The translations under genes and the position numbers were made by a program. The notes under the pieces are model-generated. The model saw nothing but the letters and a program-made list of their open reading frames with translations, was not told the DNA's origin and made no database searches. From IMG/VR virus record IMGVR_UViG_3300011008_000014: a stretch of DNA of 64,000 nucleotides. One strand, written 5' to 3'. Shown here piece after piece: positions 1-8,502 of this stretch; position 1 is the stretch's first letter; each line of letters starts with the position of its first letter. Source of the stretch: an uncultured virus (IMG/VR IMGVR_UViG_3300011008_000014). Lineage: Duplodnaviria; Heunggongvirae; Uroviricota; Caudoviricetes.

Positions 1-8
1 GTGAAATT

Positions 9-48
9 AAAAATCCCTGCAAGTGTTTGACTTACAGGGATTTCTTTT
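9..48 (-). terminator. Intrinsic terminator downstream of the tRNA-His fragment (possibly bidirectional)
   Basis: Inverted repeat AAATCCCTG-C-AAGT / ACTT-A-CAGGGATTT flanked by A and T runs. Confidence 0.7.
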
Positions 49-51
49 GTT

Positions 52-100
52 GGGTGCCCGGACGGACTCGAACCGTCGACATTCAGAACCACAATCTGAA
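52..100 (-). mobile_element. 3' fragment of tRNA-His(GTG); probable phage attachment core
   Basis: Minus strand gives anticodon arm TCAGA-TTGTGGT-TCTGA, T arm GACGG-TTCGAGT-CCGTC and acceptor 3' strand CGGGCAC-C; D arm and 5' acceptor strand are absent; lies at the edge of the phage immunity region. Confidence 0.8.
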
Positions 101-171
101 TGGCAAAGTCGCTTACAATGCCAGTGCTTATCGGAGTTTTGATTGGTGCGGAATTTTCCATTTGCGGTGAA

Positions 172-507
172 TTAGTTACATTTGGGCGAATTTCGGTGGA
201 AAATGATGCCGTCGATTATCAGATTCGGGGTGTCGATGTCGGCCATATAAACCTGCATGGTGATGTCGCCGCCGCTGGTGGCCGCTGTCAGCGTTTGGCC
301 GTCGAGGTGGTACGGGTAAGCCTCGGTGTCTTTGCCGTCTGATGTGGCCGTCATTACGGAATCGGTGAAGGATATGTCAAAGGTGTGGCCTCCAGCAATG
401 GCAGACCAGCACCCCGTCGTTAGAAAGGACTGCGGAACGGTCAAGCGGTCACTATTCACTTGCTCGGCCATCCATTCCACCAGCAAGAGAAGATTCAACG
501 CCTGCAT
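172..507 (-). CDS. Hypothetical protein downstream of the repressor (start uncertain)
   Basis: Open frame co-oriented with and abutting the cI-like gene. Confidence 0.4.
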   Translation of the reverse strand: MQALNLLLLVEWMAEQVNSDRLTVPQSFLTTGCWSAIAGGHTFDISFTDSVMTATSDGKDTEAYPYHLDGQTLTAATSGGDITMQVYMADIDTPNLIIDGIIFHRNSPKCN

Positions 508-1433
508 TTCTGCTGTTTCAGAATGACGGAGAAAATCTGCTTGATGTCTGCAAGGTCGATGACCATATCATCGAAGATGGGATTGAACGAGTGGACGGTG
601 ATTTTGTGGTTCAGCACGTCGTGGTCGATGATGCGCTTGATGATTATTCCGTCGTTGTGGACTATCACGAAGTCCGTATGCTTGAAATTCATCTGTGCAT
701 CCCTATACATATCCATCTCTACCTCACGGCACAGAACGATGTCGCCCTGTGCGTATGATTGGCGTGTTCCGTCATCCATGCTGTCGCCGCGAACTTCAAA
801 GGCGATGTACCTACCCCTTGCATCCTGTTCTATAATGAAAGGTATCACAGGCAACTGGCGGAGGTATTCCTCATCGGCGAATCCCGAAAGGTAGCCGCCA
901 TGCGCATACTGGCTGACCAGCGGCACATAGATGACCCTTTCCGAATAGCTGCGCAGATTGTATTCAGACTGCATCTGCTCACTTTCAGACTGAATCATGT
1001 CGCCCTGCCCTGTTCTTAGCCAGTGCATGTTAAGCTGGGGGTAACGTGCAGAAATCTTCTGAAACGTCGCCTCCTGTGCATTGTCGGTAATCCTTGAAAC
1101 AAGCCCCTGCGCAAGCCCGCATGACCGCGCAAACTCGTTTTGGCTGACATTCAGACTTTCTATAAAGTCCATCAGCCTTTCCCGAAGCCCTGCGTTTATC
1201 AGTGCCGTCTCGGGCTCTTGGCCATCAATCAGCATTTCACCCGTACCCATAATAAGCCATTCAGTGCTTAATTGTGGATATTTTTCCTTAATCCGTCGGA
1301 TGGTGTCCGTTCTGACTCCATTCTTCGGCCTTTTGCTGAGAGTGCCGCTGGCCAAGCCAGCTTCAATCTCAAAATCGCGTTTCCCAATGTGCAGCGAATT
1401 GGCAAACTCCTCTAATCTGTCATTTATATCCAT
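495..1433 (-). CDS. CI/LexA-like repressor with two tandem HTH-like units and an S24 peptidase domain
   Basis: Two repeats ending YPQLxxxWLxxGxGxM; C-terminal FEVRGDSM (catalytic Ser) and IIIKRI (catalytic Lys); divergent from early genes. Confidence 0.9.
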   Translation of the reverse strand: MDINDRLEEFANSLHIGKRDFEIEAGLASGTLSKRPKNGVRTDTIRRIKEKYPQLSTEWLIMGTGEMLIDGQEPETALINAGLRERLMDFIESLNVSQNEFARSCGLAQGLVSRITDNAQEATFQKISARYPQLNMHWLRTGQGDMIQSESEQMQSEYNLRSYSERVIYVPLVSQYAHGGYLSGFADEEYLRQLPVIPFIIEQDARGRYIAFEVRGDSMDDGTRQSYAQGDIVLCREVEMDMYRDAQMNFKHTDFVIVHNDGIIIKRIIDHDVLNHKITVHSFNPIFDDMVIDLADIKQIFSVILKQQKCRR

Positions 1434-1456
1434 GACTTAAAAAATGTAAAAAGTCG

Positions 1457-1508
1457 GTGAAAATAAGCAGAAAGTTTTGCAAGTCTGAAAATAATCACTA
1501 ACTTTGCA
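1457..1508 (+). promoter_or_regulatory. Bacteroidota promoter (TTTG ... TAACTTTG) with two STGMAAATAAKCAS operator-like sites
   Basis: GTGAAAATAAGCAG 1457-1470 and CTGAAAATAATCAC 1485-1498, directly followed by -7 element TAACTTTG. Confidence 0.7.
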
Positions 1509-1614
1509 CCCGAAATCAATCTTGCACATTGATGACTGGCGCAACGATTTATGTTACTAACATATTTCCATCCCCGTTTCGTGGTGCAAGCACGACTCGG
1601 GGATTTTTATTTGA

Positions 1615-2403
1615 ATGAAGAGGTCTATACATGTATCAGTCAGCGAAGCCGCCCGTGCCGTCCGTTCCCAAGAAGCACTGGAGGGGCTGGCTTTCGCCGT
1701 GATGATAAAGATGGCCTTTCGTTCATCTCGCGTCAACAATCCTACAAACAGAAACCTTATGCACATCTTCCACATGGGCAGCGCGAAAACAGCCCGTGTG
1801 TTGAAGAATGCACTTGATAGCGGCTATGTCAGACGGGAGGGCAAGACCATTGTAGCCCGTCCGATAAAGGCCATTGGCGATTTCACATGCAGGTTCAGCT
1901 TCGACGTTCCGACGGATGGGGAATGCCCCATGCTCATCAAGGCTGTAATCAGCGGCATCCGCGCCGCCATTGTGCTGAATCACGTCAAGAAACAGAATAA
2001 ATGTGGGAATACATTTAATGCACTGTCTACGGGCAAAGACGAGGATGGCAACTACATCAGCTATCGCCGAATCAAGTCCGCGTACCGTAGGATGACCCGT
2101 ATGTCCTTAACACATTCATTCCACGACGGATTAAGCAATGGCCGCATTATGCAACTGACAAACACCAAGCGTTACACGGAGCGCAAGCTGTTGGGCTTGA
2201 TGCTGAAATCGGGAGTCATCCAGCGAAGGGAGTGCGTAGAAGAAACGGGCATCGACCCAGCGAACTTCTGCAAGCAGGCTTCCGAGTACATGCGGGAGAT
2301 TGGCTATGGCGGGTACTTCTTTCGTCGAGGCGGCAAAATCGTCTGCCAGCGTACCAACATCTACAAGTACAACTGCGACCTCATCAACCTGTATCACGCA
2401 TGA
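1615..2403 (+). CDS. Hypothetical basic protein with probable winged-HTH segments
   Basis: 262-aa ORF with its own promoter and structured leader; basic; xxLxxxGYV / xxSGVI motifs. Confidence 0.65.
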   Translation: MKRSIHVSVSEAARAVRSQEALEGLAFAVMIKMAFRSSRVNNPTNRNLMHIFHMGSAKTARVLKNALDSGYVRREGKTIVARPIKAIGDFTCRFSFDVPTDGECPMLIKAVISGIRAAIVLNHVKKQNKCGNTFNALSTGKDEDGNYISYRRIKSAYRRMTRMSLTHSFHDGLSNGRIMQLTNTKRYTERKLLGLMLKSGVIQRRECVEETGIDPANFCKQASEYMREIGYGGYFFRRGGKIVCQRTNIYKYNCDLINLYHA

Positions 2404-2727
2404 TTCCGACCATGTAACCAAAACCGCACACCAAAAGAATGCACAGGTTATAACACGCGAGGCTCGTCTCTGCGGGTGCATGAAACACCAAAAATGGGAT
2501 TTTAGGGTAAAAAGACCCCGAAAAACGCCCGAAAAATCAAAAGGCGGGCAAATATCGCCCAGCTATCAAAAAGGCCGTCTGTGTAGGCTCAAAATGTCAA
2601 AGACCGCCAATCAACGAATTTTCAACGCTTCATCACGTTTGCAACTTTATGGCTTTATATTTAGTAAAGAAATAAAGCACTTTAATTTCTTAAAATTGCT
2701 TTCATTCTGCTAAATTTTATTTATTAA

Positions 2728-2781
2728 GTGCAAATAATCAGAGAAATGTTTGGTTATTCTGAAAATAAGCACTATCTTTGC
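2728..2781 (+). promoter_or_regulatory. Early rightward promoter (TTTGG ... TATCTTTG) with two operator-like sites
   Basis: GTGCAAATAATCAG 2728-2741, CTGAAAATAAGCAC 2759-2772, then TATCTTTG. Confidence 0.75.
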
Positions 2782-2852
2782 AACAGAAAATCGTTAATAC
2801 AACTGCAAATATAGCGATTATTCTGCAAATAAACAAATTTAAGCAAGAAAAA

Positions 2853-3197
2853 ATGAAGAAGTTAGTCGAAATAATAAATAAGGTGAAAGCCGCCATCACT
2901 GAGGAGATTGCCAGTGAAAAGGCTGCTGGTTCTGACTATGCTCACGCAAATGTCAGAGATTTTGCCAACTGCGAGATTGAAGTCACCGTGTCGGCTGACC
3001 GTGTTACAGAAGTTATTATCTACCACTATGACGAAGATGGAACGCTCAACGAGCATCAGTCGCCATTGCTGGAGGATAAGATAGCATCAGAACTGCCCGA
3101 ATGGTACGATGTCGATTGTGAGGATGATGACCCACGCAACGACTTTGAGAAATGCCCTTCGCTGGCAAATGGCTGGTTCTTCAAGAATCAGTGGTGA
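2853..3197 (+). CDS. Hypothetical acidic protein
   Basis: ATG after A-rich leader; first gene of the early operon. Confidence 0.7.
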   Translation: MKKLVEIINKVKAAITEEIASEKAAGSDYAHANVRDFANCEIEVTVSADRVTEVIIYHYDEDGTLNEHQSPLLEDKIASELPEWYDVDCEDDDPRNDFEKCPSLANGWFFKNQW

Positions 3198-3487
3198 TGC
3201 GTAGCCGAAAGGCGGTGAGTTCTTTGACATAGTGGAACAAAAAGGCTAATCCTGCGAGTAGGTAGGCAGATGTAGCGGCGATGGCTGCGGTAATCATCGG
3301 CTGGGAACTGAAAGCGGGTCACTGGTGACGCGAACACATAAACGTCATACGGTGGGCTGTCAGAAATGGCATCTGTTTATTTGAATGAACTTTGATATAA
3401 GGGCTGGAACATCCTATTTTCGGATGTTTGTATCACCTTATATATAATATACTGAGGATGCCCGCACCTCAACAGAATGCGGGTACT

Positions 3488-3574
3488 GGAGGAGTGGCTG
3501 AGTGACTGAAAGCACCACACCGCTAACGTGGCATACGGAATCCCGTATCGCAGGTTTGAATCCTGCCTCCTCCG
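3488..3574 (+). tRNA. tRNA-Ser(GCT)
   Basis: Acceptor GGAGGAG/CTCCTCC, G73, anticodon loop CCGCTAA, long variable arm, T arm GCAGG-TTTGAAT-CCTGC. Confidence 0.9.
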
Positions 3575-3778
3575 CAAGTCTTGTATCAGCACACGCACCA
3601 CAAGCAAGTACATTTGGAAGCGTTAAGGGGCGCGACCTCTATAGAAAGCGAGCCTAAAGAATGTGGAAAGTATCGGCGTAATCCCCAAAAAGGCCGAGAG
3701 GGTAAGCATTTGGGTGGAATCCCCATAAAATCCTTGGGGCTGTTGCCTGTGACGACATGGCGGTGTGCGAGGTAAAAC

Positions 3779-3850
3779 GGGATGTTCGTCTATCGGTTAG
3801 GACTACAGGTTTTCAACCTGTCAAGAGGAGTTCGACTCTCCTACATCCTA
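3779..3850 (+). tRNA. tRNA-Glu(TTC)
   Basis: Acceptor GGGATGT/ACATCCT, anticodon arm ACAGG-TTTTCAA-CCTGT, T arm AGGAG-TTCGACT-CTCCT. Confidence 0.9.
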
Positions 3851-3958
3851 CAACTTATCCGTATCTGAACTGTAGGAAATTAGGCTCTGAGAAATGCTCG
3901 TCTGATAAGTGACGTGCTGGATGTCGCCCCTGTCAATTCGGGCAGGGGCATTTCAAAC

Positions 3959-4030
3959 TGGCTGCTGGTGTAATTGGTAACACTACAGATTTTGGTTCTG
4001 TCATTATGGGTTCGAGCCCCGTGCGGCTAA
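3959..4030 (+). tRNA. tRNA-Gln(TTG)
   Basis: Acceptor TGGCTGC/GCGGCTA, D arm GTGT-AATTGGTA-ACAC, anticodon arm ACAGA-TTTTGGT-TCTGT, T loop TTCGAGC. Confidence 0.88.
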
Positions 4031-4045
4031 CAAAAGGGAAAGAAG

Positions 4046-4261
4046 ATGAAGAAAAGAAGAAAGCAATACAAGAATGGTTTTCTTGAAAAGACGATTCGCA
4101 GTGTGGCCACTGGTGATATTCGGGAGTTCAACCTGTCGGATGTCAACGTGAAAAGTTTCAGAGCGAAAGCATCTGAAATCAACGGAAAGATAGGCCACAA
4201 ACGATATTCTATAACAAAAAACACTCCGCTCGGTCTAATGTGTATCATAAATAACGATTGA
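4046..4261 (+). CDS. Small basic hypothetical protein
   Basis: ORF tightly packed with the next gene. Confidence 0.65.
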   Translation: MKKRRKQYKNGFLEKTIRSVATGDIREFNLSDVNVKSFRAKASEINGKIGHKRYSITKNTPLGLMCIINND

Positions 4262-4262
4262 T

Positions 4263-4580
4263 ATGGAAACAGTAACTATTGGATTACAGACCTTGATGGA
4301 GTTGTGTTCGTCAGCCGTGGATGCTGGCGTACAGGAATATCGCAGAAGCATCGAACCCGAACAGGATGCAGTGAAGCGGTCGGAGTTGAAACGCTATGTC
4401 AGCCGCATGGGATTCAAGCCCTGCATCGTTGACAAATGGATAGCCGACGGGCTGCTGAAACAGAGACAGGACAACGGAAAAAACACGTCATGCCTGTTTT
4501 CTTTTGCAGACACGAAGAAACTGCTGATGTCTGTTAGGCTAAAGAATGTGATAAACGAAAATCTTGTAGTCATGGAATAA
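4263..4580 (+). CDS. Putative DNA-binding / excisionase-like protein
   Basis: VDKWIADGLL resembles the Xis/HTH_17 wing; early position. Confidence 0.55.
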   Translation: METVTIGLQTLMELCSSAVDAGVQEYRRSIEPEQDAVKRSELKRYVSRMGFKPCIVDKWIADGLLKQRQDNGKNTSCLFSFADTKKLLMSVRLKNVINENLVVME

Positions 4581-4664
4581 TCGGATGCGCCCCGTGGGAA
4601 TGGCTCACGGGGCATTTGGTGGTAAATTCGCCGTAAGGCAAAAAACAATAAAATTGAAGAAGTT

Positions 4665-5483
4665 ATGCGAAATGTAGAAATCAGAACCCTGCGGGCGGAG
4701 GAAATCCAGTGCAGGGTGTTGCAGACGGCAAAGAACAACGCATGGGCGCAACTGGCACTCTACAAGGATGCCCGCTGTGACCAAGCCGTTCTCGATGAGA
4801 CATTCGGCGTATTCGGCTGGAAACGAAGTCACCAGCTGATTGATACCGAATTATTCTGTACCGTCGAAATCTATGATGAAGTCACCAAACAATGGGTGGC
4901 AAAACAGGACGTTGGAAAGGAATCGTTCACGGCCAAGGAGAAAGGCGAGGCCAGCGACGCATTCAAACGTGCCTGTGTGAACATCGGCATTGGCCGCGAA
5001 CTCTACTCAGCACCAAAAGACCTGTTCATCAACCTTTGCCAAGACGATTTGACGAATGGAAAGGTTAGAAACAACTGGTTTTTCGTAAGCGAGATTAGCT
5101 ACAATGAAGCCCGAAAGATTAACAAGCTGGTGATTGTGGATGCCTTTAATCGTGAAAGATATAGATACCCCAATTCGCACACGCCCAAAACCATTCAGAA
5201 CCAAGAGCAGCCCGCACCGACATCGGAAGGTAGTCTGCCCGCACCAACTGGCACTCCACAGGTAGGCATCCCAGCACCGACGGCACAAGCCCCTCAGAAT
5301 GAAGAGCAGGCTTTGGTGACGAAAGCACTTAAAGAGGTTGAAGCGGCCACAACCATTAAGCGGTTGACGGAAATCTACAACAGTTACCAAGGTTCTGTAA
5401 GTCAAGGCGGCTTCGCAGTCATCAGCAATGCACTGACGGCAAGGCGCAAGGCACTCGGACAGAAGAAAAAAGGTGAAAAATAA
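4665..5483 (+). CDS. Rad52/Sak-like single-strand annealing protein
   Basis: LYKDAR..LDETFG..W and KGEASDAFKRACVNIGIGRELY motifs. Confidence 0.85.
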   Translation: MRNVEIRTLRAEEIQCRVLQTAKNNAWAQLALYKDARCDQAVLDETFGVFGWKRSHQLIDTELFCTVEIYDEVTKQWVAKQDVGKESFTAKEKGEASDAFKRACVNIGIGRELYSAPKDLFINLCQDDLTNGKVRNNWFFVSEISYNEARKINKLVIVDAFNRERYRYPNSHTPKTIQNQEQPAPTSEGSLPAPTGTPQVGIPAPTAQAPQNEEQALVTKALKEVEAATTIKRLTEIYNSYQGSVSQGGFAVISNALTARRKALGQKKKGEK

Positions 5484-5495
5484 ATCCGCACAATT

Positions 5496-6389
5496 ATGGC
5501 AAAGAAAACGAAACTAAAGAAATGTGGTGTCGAGTTCAATCAAGAAAAGCATGAGTACTGGCTGAACGGTAAGCAACTGCAAGGCATCACAGGCGTACTG
5601 GAACGCCGACTTTTCCCCGACAAATACAAGTTTGTGTCGAAGGAGTTGATGGAACGTGCCGCCGAGCGTGGCACGTTCATTCACGAACAGATTGAACTGG
5701 CTGATTCGCTGGGTGTCAAGCCCGATGTAACCGAAGTGCAGAACTATCTGAAGCTGAAAGAAGAGTACGGCTTGAAGATACTGGAAAACGAGTACACGGT
5801 CAGCGACCTCGAAAACTATGCAACGAATATTGATGGTGTCTATGATGTAGAGGAAAATGTTGTTGACATTGCCGACTACAAGACAACATCGAAGTTTGAC
5901 AAAGAATCTGTGTCATGGCAGCTTTCAATCTGTGCATATTTTCTTGAAAAGGATAATCCCAAGGTCAAGGTTCGCAAGCTGTTCGGAATTTGGCTGCGTG
6001 GCGAAATCGCCCGTCTTATCGAGGTAGAACGCAAGCCTGTGGAACTTGTCAAGGCACTGCTTCTTGCAGACAAGAATGACATGCCTTTTACATGGGCATC
6101 TGAAATCCCCGACTATATTTCTATCGAGGAGGAGTCGATTATCGCCCTGTCACAGCGCAAGGCCGAAATCGAAGAGGAACTGGAAACTATCAAGGCGCAG
6201 ATTATGGAGCGCATGGCCGCTGACGGCAAGAAGTCTATCGACACTGGCAAGGTGCTGATTACGCTGAAAGCTGCGTCAACACAGATGCGTTTCGACTCCA
6301 AGAAGTTGATGGCCGACAATGAGGAACTTTACAACCAGTACCTCAAGCAGACGGCTGTCAAAGAAAGTCTGACGCTGAAAGTCAGATAG
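5496..6389 (+). CDS. PD-(D/E)XK exonuclease (Cas4/YqaJ-like)
   Basis: RGTFIH, IDG, IADYKT, WQLSI motifs; next to the annealing protein and SSB. Confidence 0.8.
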   Translation: MAKKTKLKKCGVEFNQEKHEYWLNGKQLQGITGVLERRLFPDKYKFVSKELMERAAERGTFIHEQIELADSLGVKPDVTEVQNYLKLKEEYGLKILENEYTVSDLENYATNIDGVYDVEENVVDIADYKTTSKFDKESVSWQLSICAYFLEKDNPKVKVRKLFGIWLRGEIARLIEVERKPVELVKALLLADKNDMPFTWASEIPDYISIEEESIIALSQRKAEIEEELETIKAQIMERMAADGKKSIDTGKVLITLKAASTQMRFDSKKLMADNEELYNQYLKQTAVKESLTLKVR

Positions 6390-6496
6390 TATTTGTTTTA
6401 GGTGATGAATTTCTATAGCAATTTTGAGACTTTGTGGCAGTGATTTGTGAAAACCGCTGCCACTATCCTTTGAACATTCAAAAATCAAAAAATAAC

Positions 6497-7081
6497 ATGG
6501 CAAAATCAATCAATCAAATTATTCTGATGGGGCGTGTCGGCCAAGACCCAAGAGTCGTTGACATTCCGACCAACAGCCCCAATTCGCAGGAGCAGACGGT
6601 CAAGGCCGCACAGTTCAGCCTCGCCACATCCAAGGGCGGCTTCAAGCGGCAAGACGGTACGGAAGTTCCCGAGGTGACACAATGGCATAGCGTCGTTGCA
6701 TGGCGCAAACTGGCTGAAATCGTCGAGAAGTACGTCAAGAAAGGCGACCTTATCACGGTGATGGGCGAGATTCAGTATCGCACATATCAGCACAAGCAGC
6801 ACCAAGACGTGACGATGTACGCCACCGATATTGTTGCAACGGATATTGTACTGACTGGCAAGGGTGACGGTGGAACACAGCGGCCACCGCTGAATGCAAG
6901 CAACATCCCTAACAGCGGTGCAGCAGCGGGATATGGTCAAGGTCAATCCCCTGCCCCAGCAGCACGGCCAGCAGCCCAAACATCAAGTAATCCATTCCCA
7001 GCGCAACAGCCACAGGGCGAAGCACCATTCCCGCCGCCAGCAGACAGTTCGACTGGAGGCAACGATGACCTGCCATTTTAG
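6497..7081 (+). CDS. ssb: Single-stranded DNA-binding protein
   Basis: INQIILMGRVGQDP, TQWHSVVAW, C-terminal DDLPF. Confidence 0.95.
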   Translation: MAKSINQIILMGRVGQDPRVVDIPTNSPNSQEQTVKAAQFSLATSKGGFKRQDGTEVPEVTQWHSVVAWRKLAEIVEKYVKKGDLITVMGEIQYRTYQHKQHQDVTMYATDIVATDIVLTGKGDGGTQRPPLNASNIPNSGAAAGYGQGQSPAPAARPAAQTSSNPFPAQQPQGEAPFPPPADSSTGGNDDLPF

Positions 7082-7092
7082 CATGAGGCGAT

Positions 7093-7545
7093 ATGATATA
7101 CAGGCTTAATGATGACTTTCAGTTTGGAAAGTTCATTGATAAGGTTCAGAAGCTGATTGAACGGGTGAAGAAAGGTGAGACGGTAAACGTCGAACTGACG
7201 GAAAAGAAGCCCCAGCGCACACTTTCGCAGAACGCATACCTGCATGTGCTCTTGGGATTCTTCGCCTGTGAATACGGTTGCGGCATGGACGAGGCAAAGG
7301 TGCGTTTCTACAAAGAACGGTGCAATAAAGACATCTTTCTTTCCACGCATCAGAACCGCAAGGGTCAGACCGTCGAGTATCTCCGCAGTTCAGCCGATTT
7401 GTCAGTGGATGAAATGCGCCTGTCTATCGAGCGTTTCAAAAATTGGTCGGTTACAATCGGAATACCACTGCCCGACGCGGAGAATCATGAGTTTATGATT
7501 TACGCCCAGCAGCAAATAGAAGCGAATAAGGAATACATGTTTTAA
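7093..7545 (+). CDS. NinB/DUF1367-like recombination accessory protein
   Basis: RTLSQNAYLH and RSSADLSVDEM motifs. Confidence 0.7.
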   Translation: MIYRLNDDFQFGKFIDKVQKLIERVKKGETVNVELTEKKPQRTLSQNAYLHVLLGFFACEYGCGMDEAKVRFYKERCNKDIFLSTHQNRKGQTVEYLRSSADLSVDEMRLSIERFKNWSVTIGIPLPDAENHEFMIYAQQQIEANKEYMF

Positions 7546-7601
7546 CTTCTTCATTCAGACTGCCTCGCATCATCCAAAGGGTGCGGGGTGGTTTTCAATA
7601 A

Positions 7602-7704
7602 GGGGTGGAAAGCCGCACAGGGCGGCAACAGCTTTCTTTGTGTTGTGCCATAATGCAAAAATTGATACACCAAAAAGAGGGTTCAAATCCCTGCCATCCC
7701 ACCA
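7602..7704 (+). ncRNA. Atypical tRNA-like RNA with encoded CCA
   Basis: Acceptor GGGGTGG/CCATCCC + ACCA, T arm AGGG-TTCAAAT-CCCT, non-canonical central region. Confidence 0.55.
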
Positions 7705-7717
7705 AAACGAAACAAGT

Positions 7718-8260
7718 ATGCTATACAATTCTAAGCCAAAGAAAAAGACTGAAATCAAGAAGAAAGTGCCGCGCAAGCGCACACCCAGCATCAAGTCATT
7801 GCGTGACAAGCTGGATATTGTATTCAGCAAGTACATCAGACTGCGTGACAGTCGGAAATTCGGCTATCATCAGTTCGTGTGTATTTCATGCGGAGAGACT
7901 AAGCCGTTTGGTCAAATGGATTGCGGTCACTTTCACAGCCGACGGAACATGAATACCCGATGGGATGAAGAGAACTGCAACGGTCAGTGTCGCCATTGCA
8001 ATCGTTTTGAACAGGGGAATTTGCTCGGCTACCGTGACAACCTAATCAACAAGTTAGGCTATCAAGAATACCAGCGTTTAGGACTGGATATTGATGACAT
8101 CGAAAAGAAATACTATAAGATTCGGGAGTTAGGCACAGAAAAGGTGGAAGCCATCGGACGCAGGGCGAACACGGCAAAGAAGTGGTCAGCCCCCGAACTA
8201 CAGGAACTTATAAAATACTACGAATGCTTGGTAAAGGCATTTGAATTAGAAAGGTTTTAG
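7718..8260 (+). CDS. NinG/Rap-like junction endonuclease
   Basis: LDIVFSKYIRLRD, CISCG, DCGHFHSR, NCNGQCRHCN. Confidence 0.88.
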   Translation: MLYNSKPKKKTEIKKKVPRKRTPSIKSLRDKLDIVFSKYIRLRDSRKFGYHQFVCISCGETKPFGQMDCGHFHSRRNMNTRWDEENCNGQCRHCNRFEQGNLLGYRDNLINKLGYQEYQRLGLDIDDIEKKYYKIRELGTEKVEAIGRRANTAKKWSAPELQELIKYYECLVKAFELERF

Positions 8261-8262
8261 GC

Positions 8263-8502
8263 ATGGCAGGCAAATCGACGAAAGGCAAGACTACATCAGA
8301 GCCAAAGGTGGAACGTGCGGACAAATGCTATAACTGCAAACATGCGCACATTGTCAGATATGGGAATGACCCGCTGATTGCTGAATGCGATGCTGGAGAG
8401 GGTAAGCTGTGCGCCAGTTCTCGGGCATGTGGAAAGTCCGTAAAGCGGCATGGTGAACCCGAAATAGAAGATAGACCGAAAAAGTATTGGTTTGAAAGAT
8501 GA
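8263..8502 (+). CDS. Small Cys-rich hypothetical protein
   Basis: CxxCxH motif; overlaps the helicase start. Confidence 0.65.
   Translation: MAGKSTKGKTTSEPKVERADKCYNCKHAHIVRYGNDPLIAECDAGEGKLCASSRACGKSVKRHGEPEIEDRPKKYWFER

Noticed and set aside
3488..4030. Stop-codon reassignment or suppressor tRNAs
   Set aside because: Anticodons are GCT, TTC and TTG, and genes ending in TAG, TGA and TAA pack normally under the standard code.
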